Shown here: piece by piece, positions 11,036-23,700 of the stretch
Layout: each line of letters opens with the position of its first letter
Position numbering within the stretch: the first letter of the stretch is position 1
Assembly (NCBI RefSeq): GCF_004010195.1
Contig: NC_057758.1
Span: 5,842,212 to 5,899,909 of the forward strand
DNA length: 57,698 bases
DNA from: Chiloscyllium plagiosum
Lineage: Eukaryota
Direction: 5' to 3'
Notes under the pieces: generated by a model
What the model was told of the DNA's origin: nothing
Database searches by the model: none
Seen by the model: only the letters and a program-made list of their open reading frames with translations
Program-made: the position numbers and the translations under genes

Positions 11036-14000
11036 CAACTTGTAATGGCAGCACCAAACTCAACGTCTCGTTTTCAATGATGGAATATTTCTTTTGATGA
11101 CTATGCAACTTTCTCGAATACATTCCAAAGGTCTCTCAATACTATCTTGTGAGTGTACACCACAGACACTACAATCACATCACTCCAAATATTTAATACT
11201 TTCACTGACTTTGCGCAATTGCTTTTTGCAAACACCGGGCAGGTGCTCAACACAGCTTTTGGGATTCAAATGTCATCTGACACGCTTCAGTCACTGAAAT
11301 TTTCGGCAGGTGTTCAACAAGTCAGTCAGTTGAACAACAACGCTACTAAAATTCATAAGAATGATCAGTGAAAAGGATTTAGGTCCAGGAATTGCAGTAA
11401 CTCGCTCTGTGTTAAAGGCTTAGGAAGCTTACTAATTACATTTATTTTCAATTTCCAAGGAATCATTTGTCCATGTTTAATGATACGATCTAGGATCATG
11501 ATATTAGTTTTTGTGAATTCCCTTTTAGGGTTATCACCAAGTTCGTCGTCTAAAGTTCCTTACATAGTTTTAATACATGCTCTAAAACTTTCTTCCGTGT
11601 ATGAGGAAAATCACCAGATTTTCTATCTAAATTAGACAATTGTGTAACCCGAATTATCATTATTGGTTAATATTTGAAATGTGGTTGGTGAAGTCTTCAT
11701 TATAATCAGCATGACTTTAAATTGAGAAAGTCCATTTGGGTTCACAAATGCCGAAATTTCCTTCACTTTTTCCGATAAAGGTACATGCAATTATTGTCTG
11801 AGAATGTAAGCTTAAATATGTAAATTGCTTTTGCCATTTTCACATTATATTTGTGCAATATAGTACCAATCAAATTTTCTAAGTGCATTGACTTTTCGAT
11901 AGTTCACACGGAGCCTTTTGTTACCATCTAGCTTTGGTAATATCGCTGTGGGAGAGCTGCATCTGATGTAACTGAGGTAAATTGTGTCGTCTCTGAGCAT
12001 CCTGTTAATCTCTTTTGAACTAATGCCATTTTGAGAGGGTTCAAACCACGATGATGTTGCTTCATTGGAAGGGCATTGCCGATACCTACAATGTGCATAA
12101 TCAGTCTAGTACTTGTCAGCGTATTCCCACAATTATCTCCGTATGATTGCAATTCATCTTTTAGTACATTTTGATTTTTCTCAGGAAGCTTTTTTCCAGT
12201 TTCTGAAAGCTTCCTCATTGTTCAAATTCAATTGAGGGAGGTCAACTTCAGAATCGTCTGAACTTAGATCATTAGGCTGAGTAGTAAGAGATAACATATT
12301 CTCCTTTTGCTCTTCTTCCTTATCAAAATACTCTTTGAACATATTCAAATAATACACCTTAGGAGTCTATGTCTACTGGTGTTCCTATCGAATAATTTGA
12401 TTAGGCACTCTATATCTTGCTTTTAAATTTTTACCTTCCGCAGGAAGCAATTCTATCACTTTATCTTCACTGGCCAATCTTCGAATTTTCGATCTACTGT
12501 TTGCTTGTTGTTTCATTATATGTTGTAAAACTTTAAATACTATCTTGCCAATTCTCCGTTCAATTCGGTTTCTTCCTGAGATCAGGCACAAACTCCAAAA
12601 ATGTAGGCTCTGTATGATGATTCGCCAATTTTTCTTTAAGTCATTTAAGTAGCACTTTCACCTCATGGCCCAAAACTAATTTAAATGGACTGAATTTAGT
12701 TGTTTCATTAGGTGCATCGCTAAATTCAAAAATTACAAATGGAATTATTTTTTAGCAATCCTCTGATAATCTTGACAACAGACATTCCACATTTTCTTTA
12801 AAGATTGATGTCACTGTGTTAATGTATCCTGTGATTCTGAATGTGAAGCAATTGATTTAAGTAGTATTAATTCTGAGTTATCCATAAATTTCTTGAATAA
12901 CTTTAATGTAAAATTAGAGTATTGATCGTATTGATTTTTGCTGAGTTACCCATATCTAGTTTAAGAAAGGTACCTCCTCTGCCTCCTTTTAGCTTTGAAA
13001 ATGTATAATAGAATGACATCATAATCCAGTCAACACGTTCAATACAGTGAATAATTATTTATTCCTTCTTCCCATTGTGGGGAAATTTCCGACGCAATTG
13101 ATTAACAATCTTGTAAACGGTTCATCAAATGCTGGAATCAGGATTCAAGGTGTTGGTCATCTCATTATTTCAAATATTTTCATAACTTGACACAGGTGAC
13201 GTCGCCGGCAAAATTCAAGAATTGCTATGTTCAGTTCATTCTAATAAAACTATGTTGATTTTTTTCAATTTTGACTTGTGCTTTCCTAACTCCCAAATGA
13301 CCAATTACTGTGAAGAAATATGCTGAGAACAACATCTCCTTTCTGTAACCTACGGGAATACAAGTTGCAGAGTTTCTGCTCATTTTTCATCCACCTGAAT
13401 ATGTAATGATCCCCATTGCCTCAAGACTTCATTTTTATGATAATAAAATTCTGACGTAAACTCAGAGTTTTCTTCTCAGTCGGCTTTTAGGATCAAATGC
13501 TTCATCAGGTGCTTCCTCTGTCGTAGTTCAGTTAACTTCTCAGAACTAAAAAAGTCCTCTTTCACCTCCACTTGTTCTTTTTTTTCTTCTCAACTGTTTG
13601 ATCATACAGAGCTGCGGACAACTGAACGTTAACTGTCTTGTCTTTATTCTTTTATTTCCCCTTCCGTTTCAACATGCGGTTTTGCAACTCTGCTGACAAG
13701 CAGTCAGGAAACTTTTCAGGGTGTCCCTCCTCTAACATCTCAGTTGTCCGTTTTTCCATTGGCTTTTCGATCACAACCGGCATCATTCCCACCTGTGATC
13801 TAGCTATGTCATTATCGTCGTTAATCTTTATGCCTTGAACAGAGAATTTATTTATCATTCTTACAATTTCATCTGCACTTTTCATCTTATTTTCCTAACT
13901 TGCTCTATTCAACGGAAAGCTGCCTCTCTCACCAGAACTTCACATATTACCACTTTTTTTCTGGTAACTTTTTTTCTGAATTGCATCTCTCTTCATTTCT

Positions 14001-15050
14001 CACTTTCAAATATTGACTTGCTCCCATATCACTATTTATTTAGCCCAATCCTCCTTGCTCAAATGTTTAAAACAAATCCACACAGGTACATTCTTTAACG
14101 AGGTCTGCAACTTTCTTCTAAAACACCATCTGTGATTCTGTTGCGTTATCTATGCTTTCATTGCCTACCTACTTGCTTATCCTGTTTTATCACATCTGAC
14201 TTCCTAGTGGTTTTTATTTAAACTTGAAATACTGCGACTTCAAGTGTTATTACAGTGAAAACATCTGGTGTTGTTTATTTTCTATTTCTCACTCATGGGC
14301 TTATTACCTAACTTAAAGCAAAGTATCTTTAATAGCTTCCATATGATCACACTTGCCCTTATCAGGTTAGGATGCCTATTTTCCATAATATTTCGCCCTC
14401 ACATATCGCAATTGATGCTCGAAGCCAAAATTTGATAAATTAACTGATTTATAATCAGCTGCCATTTGTGCTGTTGACATTACTGTTACAAGACCCTGTT
14501 CCTCCAGATGAGTGCTGATGACTTCAAGCGGTGATTTTTTGACTCCTCCAAAATAACATCTTCTGTCCGAGCTTCATATTTTAACACAAGATTCAATTCC
14601 TTTATAAAACGTTCAAAGTTACTTTGATTGTTACATTCAAATTTTGTGCAAGTTTTATCAAGTTGCTTCTTCAGGTTCTCTGGAACGTAATCCGTGCGCT
14701 TCTGGCACTAGTTCATGTGCACGACATAATAACTTAGTTTCTGGATTAGTGGTGCTGGAAAAGAACATCAGTTCAGGCAGCATCCGAGGAGCAGTAAAAT
14801 CGACATTTCGGACAAAAGCCCTTCATCACCGAGAATAACTTAGCTTGAATGAGCAATAATCATATGAGCCATGTCATTTGTTTAGGCTCTTTAGTAACTC
14901 GAACATTCTCGTCGAAGTTCGGCAACGTTTGAATGTATTTAAACAGATCCCCACCAGGTCTTCGGCAACGATCAGTTTGATTTTCATCACTGACCTCATC
15001 ACTACACTGACCTGTTACCTTTAGCTGAGCCATTTTACGGCGCATTTGCC
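11036..15050 (-). mobile_element. Decayed Gmr1-type Ty3/gypsy LTR retrotransposon internal region (gag, integrase, RT, RNase H)
   Basis: Minus-strand order: gag DLFKYIQTLPNFDE and ELVPEA (15000-14650); IN GHLGVRKAQVKI, EFCRRRHLCQV, IPAFDEPFTRLLINCVG, TTKFSPFKLVLGHEV (13310-12660); RT KRLRVNYRKVNAL, SAFVNPNGLSQFKVM..SPTTFQILTN (11930-11660); RNase H SHQKKYSIIENETLSLVL (~11100). Confidence 0.88.
14738..14833 (-). mobile_element. 96-bp PLE 3'-end insertion with 10-bp target-site duplication
   Basis: Reverse complement of 2399-2490; flanked by aataacttag at 14728-14737 and 14834-14843; interrupts the gypsy gag. Confidence 0.9.
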
Positions 15051-15069
15051 TTCTCAGGAAAGACAGCAA

Positions 15070-16530
15070 AACACTAAAAAGAGGAGCATTGTGGAAGTCA
15101 CAGCAAACATTTATCCCTTGGAAAAAGAAGCATCCGAAATGGAGTTCGAAGCAATCGTGCCTGACAAGAAAATTCAGAAATAGCATAAAAGCAAAAGTCA
15201 AAGAATACCATGCAGTGAAGGGCAGTGGGAAGGCAAAGGATTGGGAAGCCTACAATCATCAACACTGGATAACTATAAAAGGAATGCGAAGGGAGAAGGT
15301 CAACTATATGTGTAGGTTAGCCAATAATGTAAAAGAAATGGGCTTTGAACGGCGGGGAAAAGACGCTATAGAAGTGGTCTTGTGGGTCAAAGAAATGGCG
15401 GAGGAACTTTGCATCAGTCTTCGCATTGGAAGATTAGAGAAGCGTTCCAAAACTCCCAGAAGGCCGGTGGGCAAAGGTGGGAATAGTTGCCATTCTCAAT
15501 AGAAGATGCCAGAAAATCTGAAAGGTCGAAAGGAGGCCAAACTTTCTTATCAGCTGGACCATAACCCGGAATCTAAACAAGATAGCTAAACAGCTAATGG
15601 AGGTTTAAGTGAAGGTTTGGAGGAGCCGATCTTGGATTGGGGAGGAAAAGTTTAAAAATCAAAAAATACCAGGTAATGGTCCAGCGGGTTTATTTGATTT
15701 CACGAACTTTTAAAGCACTGTTCCTTCATAAGGTGGCTGTGGAGACAGTGTTAGTGGTAATCTTGCAGGAGTCATTGGATTCAGGGAGGTCCCAGAGAAC
15801 TGGAAAATAGTAAATGTATACACATGATTAAGAGGGGCATAAGATAAAGAATGGCAAAATAAGGCCGTTTGGCATGAGCTTTATCATTGGTAAGATTTTG
15901 GAGTCCATTGTGAAGGCTGAAATATCGCAATATCTGGAAGTGCATGATAATTAGGCAACAGTCAGCATGTTTTCATCAAGGGAATGTTATGCCTGAGAAA
16001 TCTGCTGGAATTCATTGAGGAGATAACGAGCAGGTTAGACAAAAGAGAGCTAATGGCTGTTATCTCCTCAGCCTTCCAGAAAGACTTTGCCAATTTACCA
16101 CGGAGGAAGCTGTTGAGTAGACAACAGCACATGAGGTGACAGGCAATGCACCAACATGGACAGATTATTGGCAGAAGGCAGAGAGTGGGGATGAAAGAGT
16201 CCTTCTCAGCGTGGCAAAAGTGACTAGTGGGATTCTGCAAGGGTCAATATTGGGTACACAAGCTTTCATCACGTACATTAGTGATCGAAATTAGGGAACT
16301 GTGGGTGTTTTGGCTAAAGTTTCAGATGTTGCAGAGATCGGTGTAGGGCAGGTAGTATTAAGAATCCGGGGAGTCTGGAGAAGGATTTAGACAGGTAAGG
16401 TGTGGCAGATGGATGACGTCAAGGGAAATTGTGAGATCATATACTTCGGTAGGAAGAATGCAGCCATCAACTAATTTCTAAATGGACTACAATTCAGAAA
16501 TCTGAGTGCAGAGGATCTAGAATAGGAATC
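15070..16530 (+). mobile_element. Decayed CR1 LINE ORF2 fragments, interrupted by a PLE-end remnant at ~15630-15745
   Basis: KWSSKQSCLTRKFRNSIKAKVKEY..KDWEAY; paralog reads SSGVLQGSIL and LAKVSDVAEIG. Confidence 0.75.
15630..15745 (-). mobile_element. Old PLE 3'-end remnant with degenerate hammerhead
   Basis: accaggtaatggtccagcgggtttatt...ttccttcataaggtggctgtggag resembles 42642-42720. Confidence 0.6.
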
Positions 16531-16534
16531 TCCT

Positions 16535-18125
16535 AAGTTACAAAAACAGAACGTTGCAGGAAAAGCTCGTCAGTTCTGGCAGCATTGTGAAGATGAATCA
16601 GTGTTAATGTTTTGGGTCCGTTGACCCGTTCTCAAAACTGATGGTAACAGGTTAAATGTCAGTTGATATGCAGACATTAGTGTGGGGTAATGGCGTAAGT
16701 AGTAAACGATAGGTGGGGACAGAAACGAAAGAGAGCAGTGGGACTAACAAAGAGGTAGATTTCGTTTCGGCCAGGAGAGTGAAAAACAGTTCATGCAGAC
16801 ATGTTGTGGCTAACAATACGTAGTTTGCAATGGCAGACTATCTGGTTGCAAGTCCTGATATGTGGGTTAGGGGGGCTAGGTTCTGTCCCTAACATTATTG
16901 AAATCCATATTGAGTCTGGAGCGCTGCAGTGCTCCCGAAAGTGGTGTCGTTCTATCAGCTTACGCTGAGATTCACTGGAACACTGCGGCAGATCGAAGAC
17001 AGAGGTGCTGGTCAGGGAACAGCGAGTTGTGTTAATGTGGCAAGTAACTGGAAGCCAGGGTGATTTTTCTTGCGGGCAGAACGTAGTTGGTCTGCGGAGC
17101 CGTCGCCCAATTTGTGCTTTGATTTTCCAATGTAGAATGCAGTAACTTAGATTGCTTGAAGTGCAGATGAAGTGCTGTTTCATCTGGACAGTAAATTTTC
17201 TCCCTTGGACGGATAGAAAGGTGGAGGTAAATGGGTTGGTGTTACCACCCTCTGTGTTGAGAATGTTGGCAGTGAAGGAAGAGTGGACCAATGTGTCCAA
17301 GAGGAAACGGTCCCTGCAGTAGGCAGACAAAGGAGGGGAGTAGAACGTGTATCTGGTGGTAGCATCTCACTGGAGGTAGTGGAAATGGAGGCTGATTATC
17401 TTCTGGTTATCTTGTGGGCGGCACGGTGGCACAGTGGTTAGCACTGCTGCCTCACAGCGCCTGAGACACGAGTTCAATTCCCGCTTCAGGCGACTGACTG
17501 TGTGGAGTTTGCACATTCTCCCCGTGCCTGCGTGGGTTTCCTCCGGGTGCTCCGGTTTCCTCCCACAGTCACAAAGATGTGCAGGTCAGGTGAATTGACC
17601 ATGTTAAATTGTCCATAGTGTTAGGTAATGGGTAAATGTAGGGGTATGGGTGGGTTGCGCTTCGGCGGGTCAGTGTGAACTTGTTGGGCCGAAGGGCCTG
17701 TTTCCACACTGTAATGTAATCTAGTAATCGAATGGTTGCGGGTAGTGGTTGGATGGTAGGTACGTTCATGTCCCTGTTTTCGGAGGGAAGAGAATGGGTG
17801 AGGGCAGAAGTATAGAAGATAGCGTCGACCCGGTTGAAGGCCCTATCAACATCGATGTAGAACAAATCTTCTTTTGAGGAAGAAGATCGACATTTGTGAG
17901 GCTCACTTGCCGACGTTGGTCTCACCAGAACATATTTGATGGAGACAGAGGAACTGAGAGAATGGAGTGGAGCCTTTGCAGAAAGCAAGGTGTGAGCACG
18001 TACAGTCCAGGTAGCTGTTGGAGTCGGTGGGTATCAGGAGACATGCTTCGAAATGGAAACAGAGATGGCCAAGAAGAGAGGGGAGGGGTCAGAGTTAGAC
18101 CGGATGAAATTGAGGTACAGTGGAA
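16535..18125 (-). mobile_element. Old PLE (RT C-terminus, GIY-YIG endonuclease, 3' end with degenerate hammerhead at ~16600-16640)
   Basis: FTVQMKQHFICTSSNLSYCI; hairpin gggtc-aacg-gaccc next to a decayed GAAAC. Confidence 0.8.
17416..17725 (+). mobile_element. Young HE1/V-SINE (tRNA-derived), specific to duplication copy 1
   Basis: A box tggcacagtgg, B box gagttcaattcc, V-domain, CR1-like tail gggccgaagggcctgtttccacactgtaa. Candidate TSD tggtt at 17404-17408 and 17733-17737. Empty site at ~44395. Confidence 0.95.
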
Positions 18126-18790
18126 ATTTGATCTACTCCAGTTTAAGACACTCACTGCTCACAATGTGGTCTCCTAGACATTAGGAAGATGGAACAGAGA
18201 CTAAGTGACTGTTTCACAGAACACTTACATTCTACCGGAAAAAAAAGACCTTGAGGTCCCAATAGCCTACGACTTTAATGCATGACCCTGTTTCCTGGCC
18301 AACATCTCTGACTCAGGCTGCTGCAGTGTTCCAGAGAGCCTCAGCGCAAGCTGGAAGACAAACACCTCATTTTCTGCTCGGGACCTTGCAACACTCCAGT
18401 CCCAATGTCGAGTTCCATAATTTTAGAGTTTGAAATTTCCCGTGTCCTTGCTCCCTCCCCCAAACGACAGGCCTTAGTATCTTATGTTCTGCCATTCCAC
18501 ACTACATGTCACTGACACTCTACTTTGCAAGATAGTTATCTACTCCTTTGTCTGTCCAAATGCTGTTCTCCCTCTGTGGGCTGTGGTCCCCTCTAACTTT
18601 AACTCTTTGCTCGGGATACCACCCTATCCTATGTTTTCCAAGCTACCATCAGTTCTGTGCATCATCACCGGACACGAAATGTTCATTCTGATGTGTTTTT
18701 ACAGATGCTGCCAGACCTACTGAACTTTTCCAGCAATTGCTTTTTTTTGCTTCTGATTTATAGTGAACGCAGTTCTTGCGGTTTCTCTTC
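18126..18790 (+). mobile_element. Old PLE GIY-YIG/3' end, inverted relative to the neighbouring PLE
   Basis: CSQCGLL..RLSDCFTEHLHS; 3' end acagatgctgccagacctactgaacttttccagcaa is an inverted homologue of 16540-16590. Confidence 0.75.
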
Positions 18791-19320
18791 AGGTAATCTC
18801 GAAGGTTGGTAGGAAAGTACAATGTTGGCATTTATTTCGAAATGACAAGAATATACAAGGAGGGATGTACTACTCGTGCTTTAAAAGGCACTGGCCCGAC
18901 CACATTCAGGATATTGTGAGCAATCTTTGGACTCATATGTCAGGAATAATGCATTGGCTCTGATATGTATCTAGATGAGGTTTACAAGAATTATCCCTGG
19001 AATAAAAGACTTAACATATGCGGAACGTTTGGCGACTCTGGGTGGAAACTGAACGGATGAGCCTGGATCTAGATGAAATTTACAGAATACTGAAGGCCGT
19101 GACTAGAGTAGATGGCGGGAGACTATTCCTATTTGCGGAAGACACTATTACGCGAGGGCACAGCCTGAGAGTAAAGAAAGACCGTTTAGATCGGATATAA
19201 GCAGAGCCTGGTGAGTCAATGGAATTCATAGATACAGAAGGCCGTGGTGACAACGTTGCTATATACAGTTAAGATAGAGGTTGGCAATTTCTTTACTGTT
19301 AAGGGAATCAAAAATTCTCG
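18790..19320 (+). mobile_element. Decayed CR1 LINE 3' part
   Basis: DLDEIYRILKAVTRVDGGRLFLFAEDTITRGHSLRVK. Confidence 0.85.
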
Positions 19321-19324
19321 GGAC

Positions 19325-19862
19325 TTTGATTCTGCCTAACAGAGACTGTGCATGGAAACGAATGCTTGTAACGTGTTCTAAATAGAACCAAAGCTTTTAC
19401 AATGAGAATCAAATCTCCCGGATTGTTTTTTTTTCTAGTTTCGTTTAGTTTTGGCTGGGGACCCCAATAAGCTGCTGGAAAAAAGAGACACCATTTTTCA
19501 GCTAATGGTTCGTGGTTGATCCTCTCTGCGAACTCTCTCTCCTGTAAGAATCTGTGTTTTATTTTATTTTTCTTTTGCCAAAGCGTGTGCTTAACGGATT
19601 TTGCAGGAAATCAGATTTGTTCTTTGTTTAGTTTTCAGGTATGTCATGTTGCTTGGCTTTGCAAATAGTTGTCATTCTAAATTTTGTTTTCATTTGCTGA
19701 AGTTTCATTTGGAACACTGTAAATAAATTATGTTCTGCTTAAAACTGAATGGTTTGCCTAACTGCAATATTCACCGTGCACCTATTTAGAACCAATAAAA
19801 CAAGTTATCGTCTGGACCACATTCTTGAAATGTTTGGAGGGGTTTTGGCCTTATCCATTACA
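19325..19862 (+). mobile_element. LTR fragment of gypsy family (3' part, ending ..ccattaCA)
   Basis: 3' end matches the reverse complement of 38340-38400 and the LTR following RNase H at 39670-39732; AATAAA at 19794. Confidence 0.7.
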
Positions 19863-20719
19863 ATAGCATCGATCGTAAAATTTTATGTTTGTTAAAGGCA
19901 AGTACAAGATGCTGTGTTCAAAATGCAATTCGATTTGTCTAACTGTGTCGTAACTTGCGACACAGTTACGATGCAAGAACAAAAATGAATGACATACATT
20001 TAACTCAGTTCGAATACGAAACAAATAATACACTTTCAAATGCTAATCATCAACTTGACAATTTCGATAGCATCTCATAAATACACAGTTGGCCACGTGT
20101 TGTCTCTCTCCAGTCCAGAAGAAAGAAGCAATCAGACCCTTTGATTTGTTAAGAAGACGCCTCGGTATTTAAGACATTCCTCCAGCAGATAACGCCAGTT
20201 TTCAGCTGAGTAGCAGCATAAACTTTCGCACTAACTGAAGCCAACTCTAAACTGAGCATGGGGGTGTAAAAAGAAACTCTGACCATCCGTTCCATTCACG
20301 TAGCTAATAATTTTGAGTCTTCTGTCAGTGTGCCAGCCATCTTTGACGTTCAAGAGAAGATCAACCAAGGTTGTCTAAACTCCCTTCATACTCTTGCTCC
20401 ATTTGTCTAACCTTAAAGAAACGAATACCAAGCGATAACTCCAGGCCGTTTACGAACTCACAGTCTGACGCAAATAAACTAGCATGACTCTGTCAAGATC
20501 TCGCGGCAATAACAACAGGAAAGAATGAATCTCTCTTAAAATCACAGGACTGTCACAGAAACAACGATCGTCGGGGCACTTTGATCACTGTGCCCAGTAA
20601 AATAAAACTCCACCTTTCAGCATGTATTCTATGTCTGTGTCAAAGAAAAGTTACGCTTTTCCCCAATGAATATGGCATTTCTGGCTATTAGTTTGCGGTA
20701 ATTACTCACTGTCGACTAG

Positions 20720-23700
20720 CTCCCAAGTGCCTGGAAATTGGATGTCTCTGATCGAGTCGAGAAGAATCTGAACGGGGAGGTTGAGCAGGCAGAAGTCGTG
20801 TTGCACAATGGCACCAGTGACATAGCTAGGAAAAAGGATGAGGATCTAAAAAGTGATTCAGGGAGTTAGGTTTGAAGCTAAAAAGCAGGGCGAGCAGGAA
20901 GGTGATCTCATGATTACTACCAGTGTCACGTGCTAGTGAGGCGAGAAGCAGGGAGCAACTGCCTCTGAACAGTGGTTTCAGGGCTGGTGCAGGAAGGAGG
21001 TCTTCAGATAGGTAGGTAATTGTAGGACCTTCTGGGTAAGTTTAGACTTGTATATCAAGGACGTGTTGCCCTTAAACTGGAGGGACACCAATACCTTGGG
21101 GAGGAATTTTACTATAGAACGTCTGGACGGTTGAAACTTGTTTGGCAGGCAGATGATAATCATAGCAACATATCAGAGGAGAGGGTAGATGTTAAACGGG
21201 CAGAAATAGAATGCAGAGAGTCTGTTATGAAGGATACGCAACTGATAGGGAAAAAAAGCTGGGTTAAAGTGCGCCTGCTTCAATTCAAGGAGTGTCAGGA
21301 GTAAGAGTGATGAAAATCGAGCATGGATCATTCCTTGTAACTACGATGTTGTGCCCTTTACAGAGACATGGATTTCACGGGGTGGGGAGGGGATGGAGGG
21401 GGGCGGAATGATTGCTGGATGTTCCACAGTTTAGATCTTTAAAAAATCAAGGAGAGGTGTAAAATATTGGGGGGAGGGGGGTGTTTGTCGACTGAATCAG
21501 TATGGGTGGAGTGCAGTAAAAGAAAGGACCAGTCACTTCAGTGTGTGTTTTCTACAGACCCACCTAATAGGAGCAGAGAGATGAAAGAACAGATTAAATA
21601 GCACATACTGGAAAGACGCAGTTGCAACAGAGTTGTTCTTATGGGTGACTTCAACTTCCCTCATATTGCTTGGAATCTCCTTAGTGCTAATGGTCTCGAT
21701 GGAACCGATTTTTGCAGGTGTGCCTGGAAGAATTCCTAACTCAACGTGTCGATATGTGGACTAGGGGGTGGCCATATTTGATTTGGTTCTTGGCAACGAT
21801 CCATGGGCAGGTCTCAGATCTCTCGGTGGCAGAGCATTTTGGTGAAAGTGACCACAACTGACTCACCTTTACAAGAGCCATGGAGTGGGCTTGGACAGGC
21901 TGCATGGGGAGGAATTTGATGGGGTATGTGAAAGTATTCTCTTATTAGACAGGAGATGTGGAATACAAATTAGGAGCATCCTATGCGGTATGCACAACAG
22001 AAATGTGGAGGTCGTTTAAGGAATACTTATTGGATAACATTGTCCTTCTGAGACAGGCAAAGAATGGTAAGGTTGGCAAGTGAAGAGGAGCTTCTCGTTA
22101 AGGAGAAGGAGGAAACTTACTTAATATTGAGGAAGAAGGCACTGGCAAAGCTTAAAAGGATTACAGGGTACCTCGCAATGTCCTCAAAAACGGACAGAGG
22201 TGAGTGAGGAGGAGGAACGAGCAAGCATTGGTGGAAAGATTGCGGGAAAATGCAACGTCGTTCTATACTTATGTGAGGAATACCAGGATGACCAGAGAGT
22301 GTCAAGCCTATCAGGTAGCGTGGAGGGAACTTGTGCCTGGAATGTGTTGTCAAGATGAAAATGAAGGCTTCTCCAGAGATGAGACGTGAAGGTTTGTTAC
22401 GGCGCTTCAGATTTACAAGTTAGGCAGGAAGGACAAAAAGAGAGAGTTAGGAAGGGCCTGGAGCGGATATGAGGAATCTTTGGCTGGTAGAATCAAGACA
22501 AACACTAACGCTTGCAAGAGATATGCCCGGAAAAAAAAGAATAGCTACATTAACCTGGGGGGCTGTCAGAGACACTAGTGGAAAGTTGAACGTGGAGTGT
22601 GAGGAGACAGCAGAAGCACTAAATGAATAGCTTTCGTCAGTATTTACACTGCAACATGACAATGCTGTCGAGGAGAACGCTGACATACAAGCTATCAGAC
22701 AAGTTTGAATTGATGTTAATAAGGAGAAGTTGTTACCAATTCTGAAAAGTGTGAAAGTAGATAGGTCCTCTGGTTGGGAAGGTATTTATCCGTGTATTTT
22801 CTGGGAAGATCGGGAGGAGATTGCTGAATCTTTGGCTTCGATATTTATGTCATCAGTTTCTCCAGGAATAGTGCCAGAAGACTGAAAAATAGCAGAATTT
22901 GTCCCCTGTTCAAGAAGCAGAGTACAAACAATTCTCATAATCATCGACCAGTGAGCTTACTTCGGTTGTGTGTAAAATTTTGGAAAGGATTATTACAGAT
23001 AGGTTTTATAATAATATAGAAAGGAATAATTTTCATTAGGGATCGTCAGCAAGGTTTTGTCAAGTGTAGGTAGTGCCTCACAAATCTTATTGACTTCTTT
23101 GAGAAGGTAACCAAACAATTGTCTAAGGGTAAAACGGTTTATGTGGTGTATGTGGATTTCAGTAAAGCGTTGGATAACATGAATAGTGGTGAAGGGTATT
23201 GCAGATTGCAGAGGGACCACGATAACACGTAGATCTGGACTAAACTGTGGCAAATACAGTTTAATGGAGAAAAGTGTGAGGTGATTCACTTTGGAAGGAG
23301 CAAGGCTTAAAAGCTTGAAGGCTAGAAAAAGCTTGATATTAAGAAAGTGAATATGTTGTATACTCTGGGAAGCATATTAGATAGATTAATCCCCAGAGCC
23401 GGACCAGGTACATCCAAGGTTAGTGTGGGAAGAGAACAATAAGATTGCAGCGCCATTGGTGATTATGTTTGCATCCTCAGTCTCCACGGGAATTGTACCA
23501 GGTGATTCGAGGGTGGCGGATTTGTTCATCTGTTCAAGAAAGGGAATGGGGAAATCCCTGTGAATTGCACACCAATCAGTCTTACGTCACTGTTATCTAG
23601 GTTACTGGATAAAATTTTGTGTGATAGGGTTTATGACTATTTAGAAAAACATAACTTGATTATAGACAGTCAAAACGGCGTGTGAGAGCAGGTCATGCCT

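Noticed and set aside
14860..15201. 113-aa minus-strand ORF as a host gene
   Set aside because: Chimera of antisense CR1 and gypsy gag (DLFKYIQTLPNFDE).
17416..17490. tRNA gene
   Set aside because: It is the tRNA-derived head of a SINE, continuing into the V-domain and LINE-like tail.
20098..20170. Plus-strand exon after acceptor tgttgtctctctccag
   Set aside because: The weak donor (cg|gtattt) is absent in the paralog (cgctattt) and the peptide is unrecognisable.
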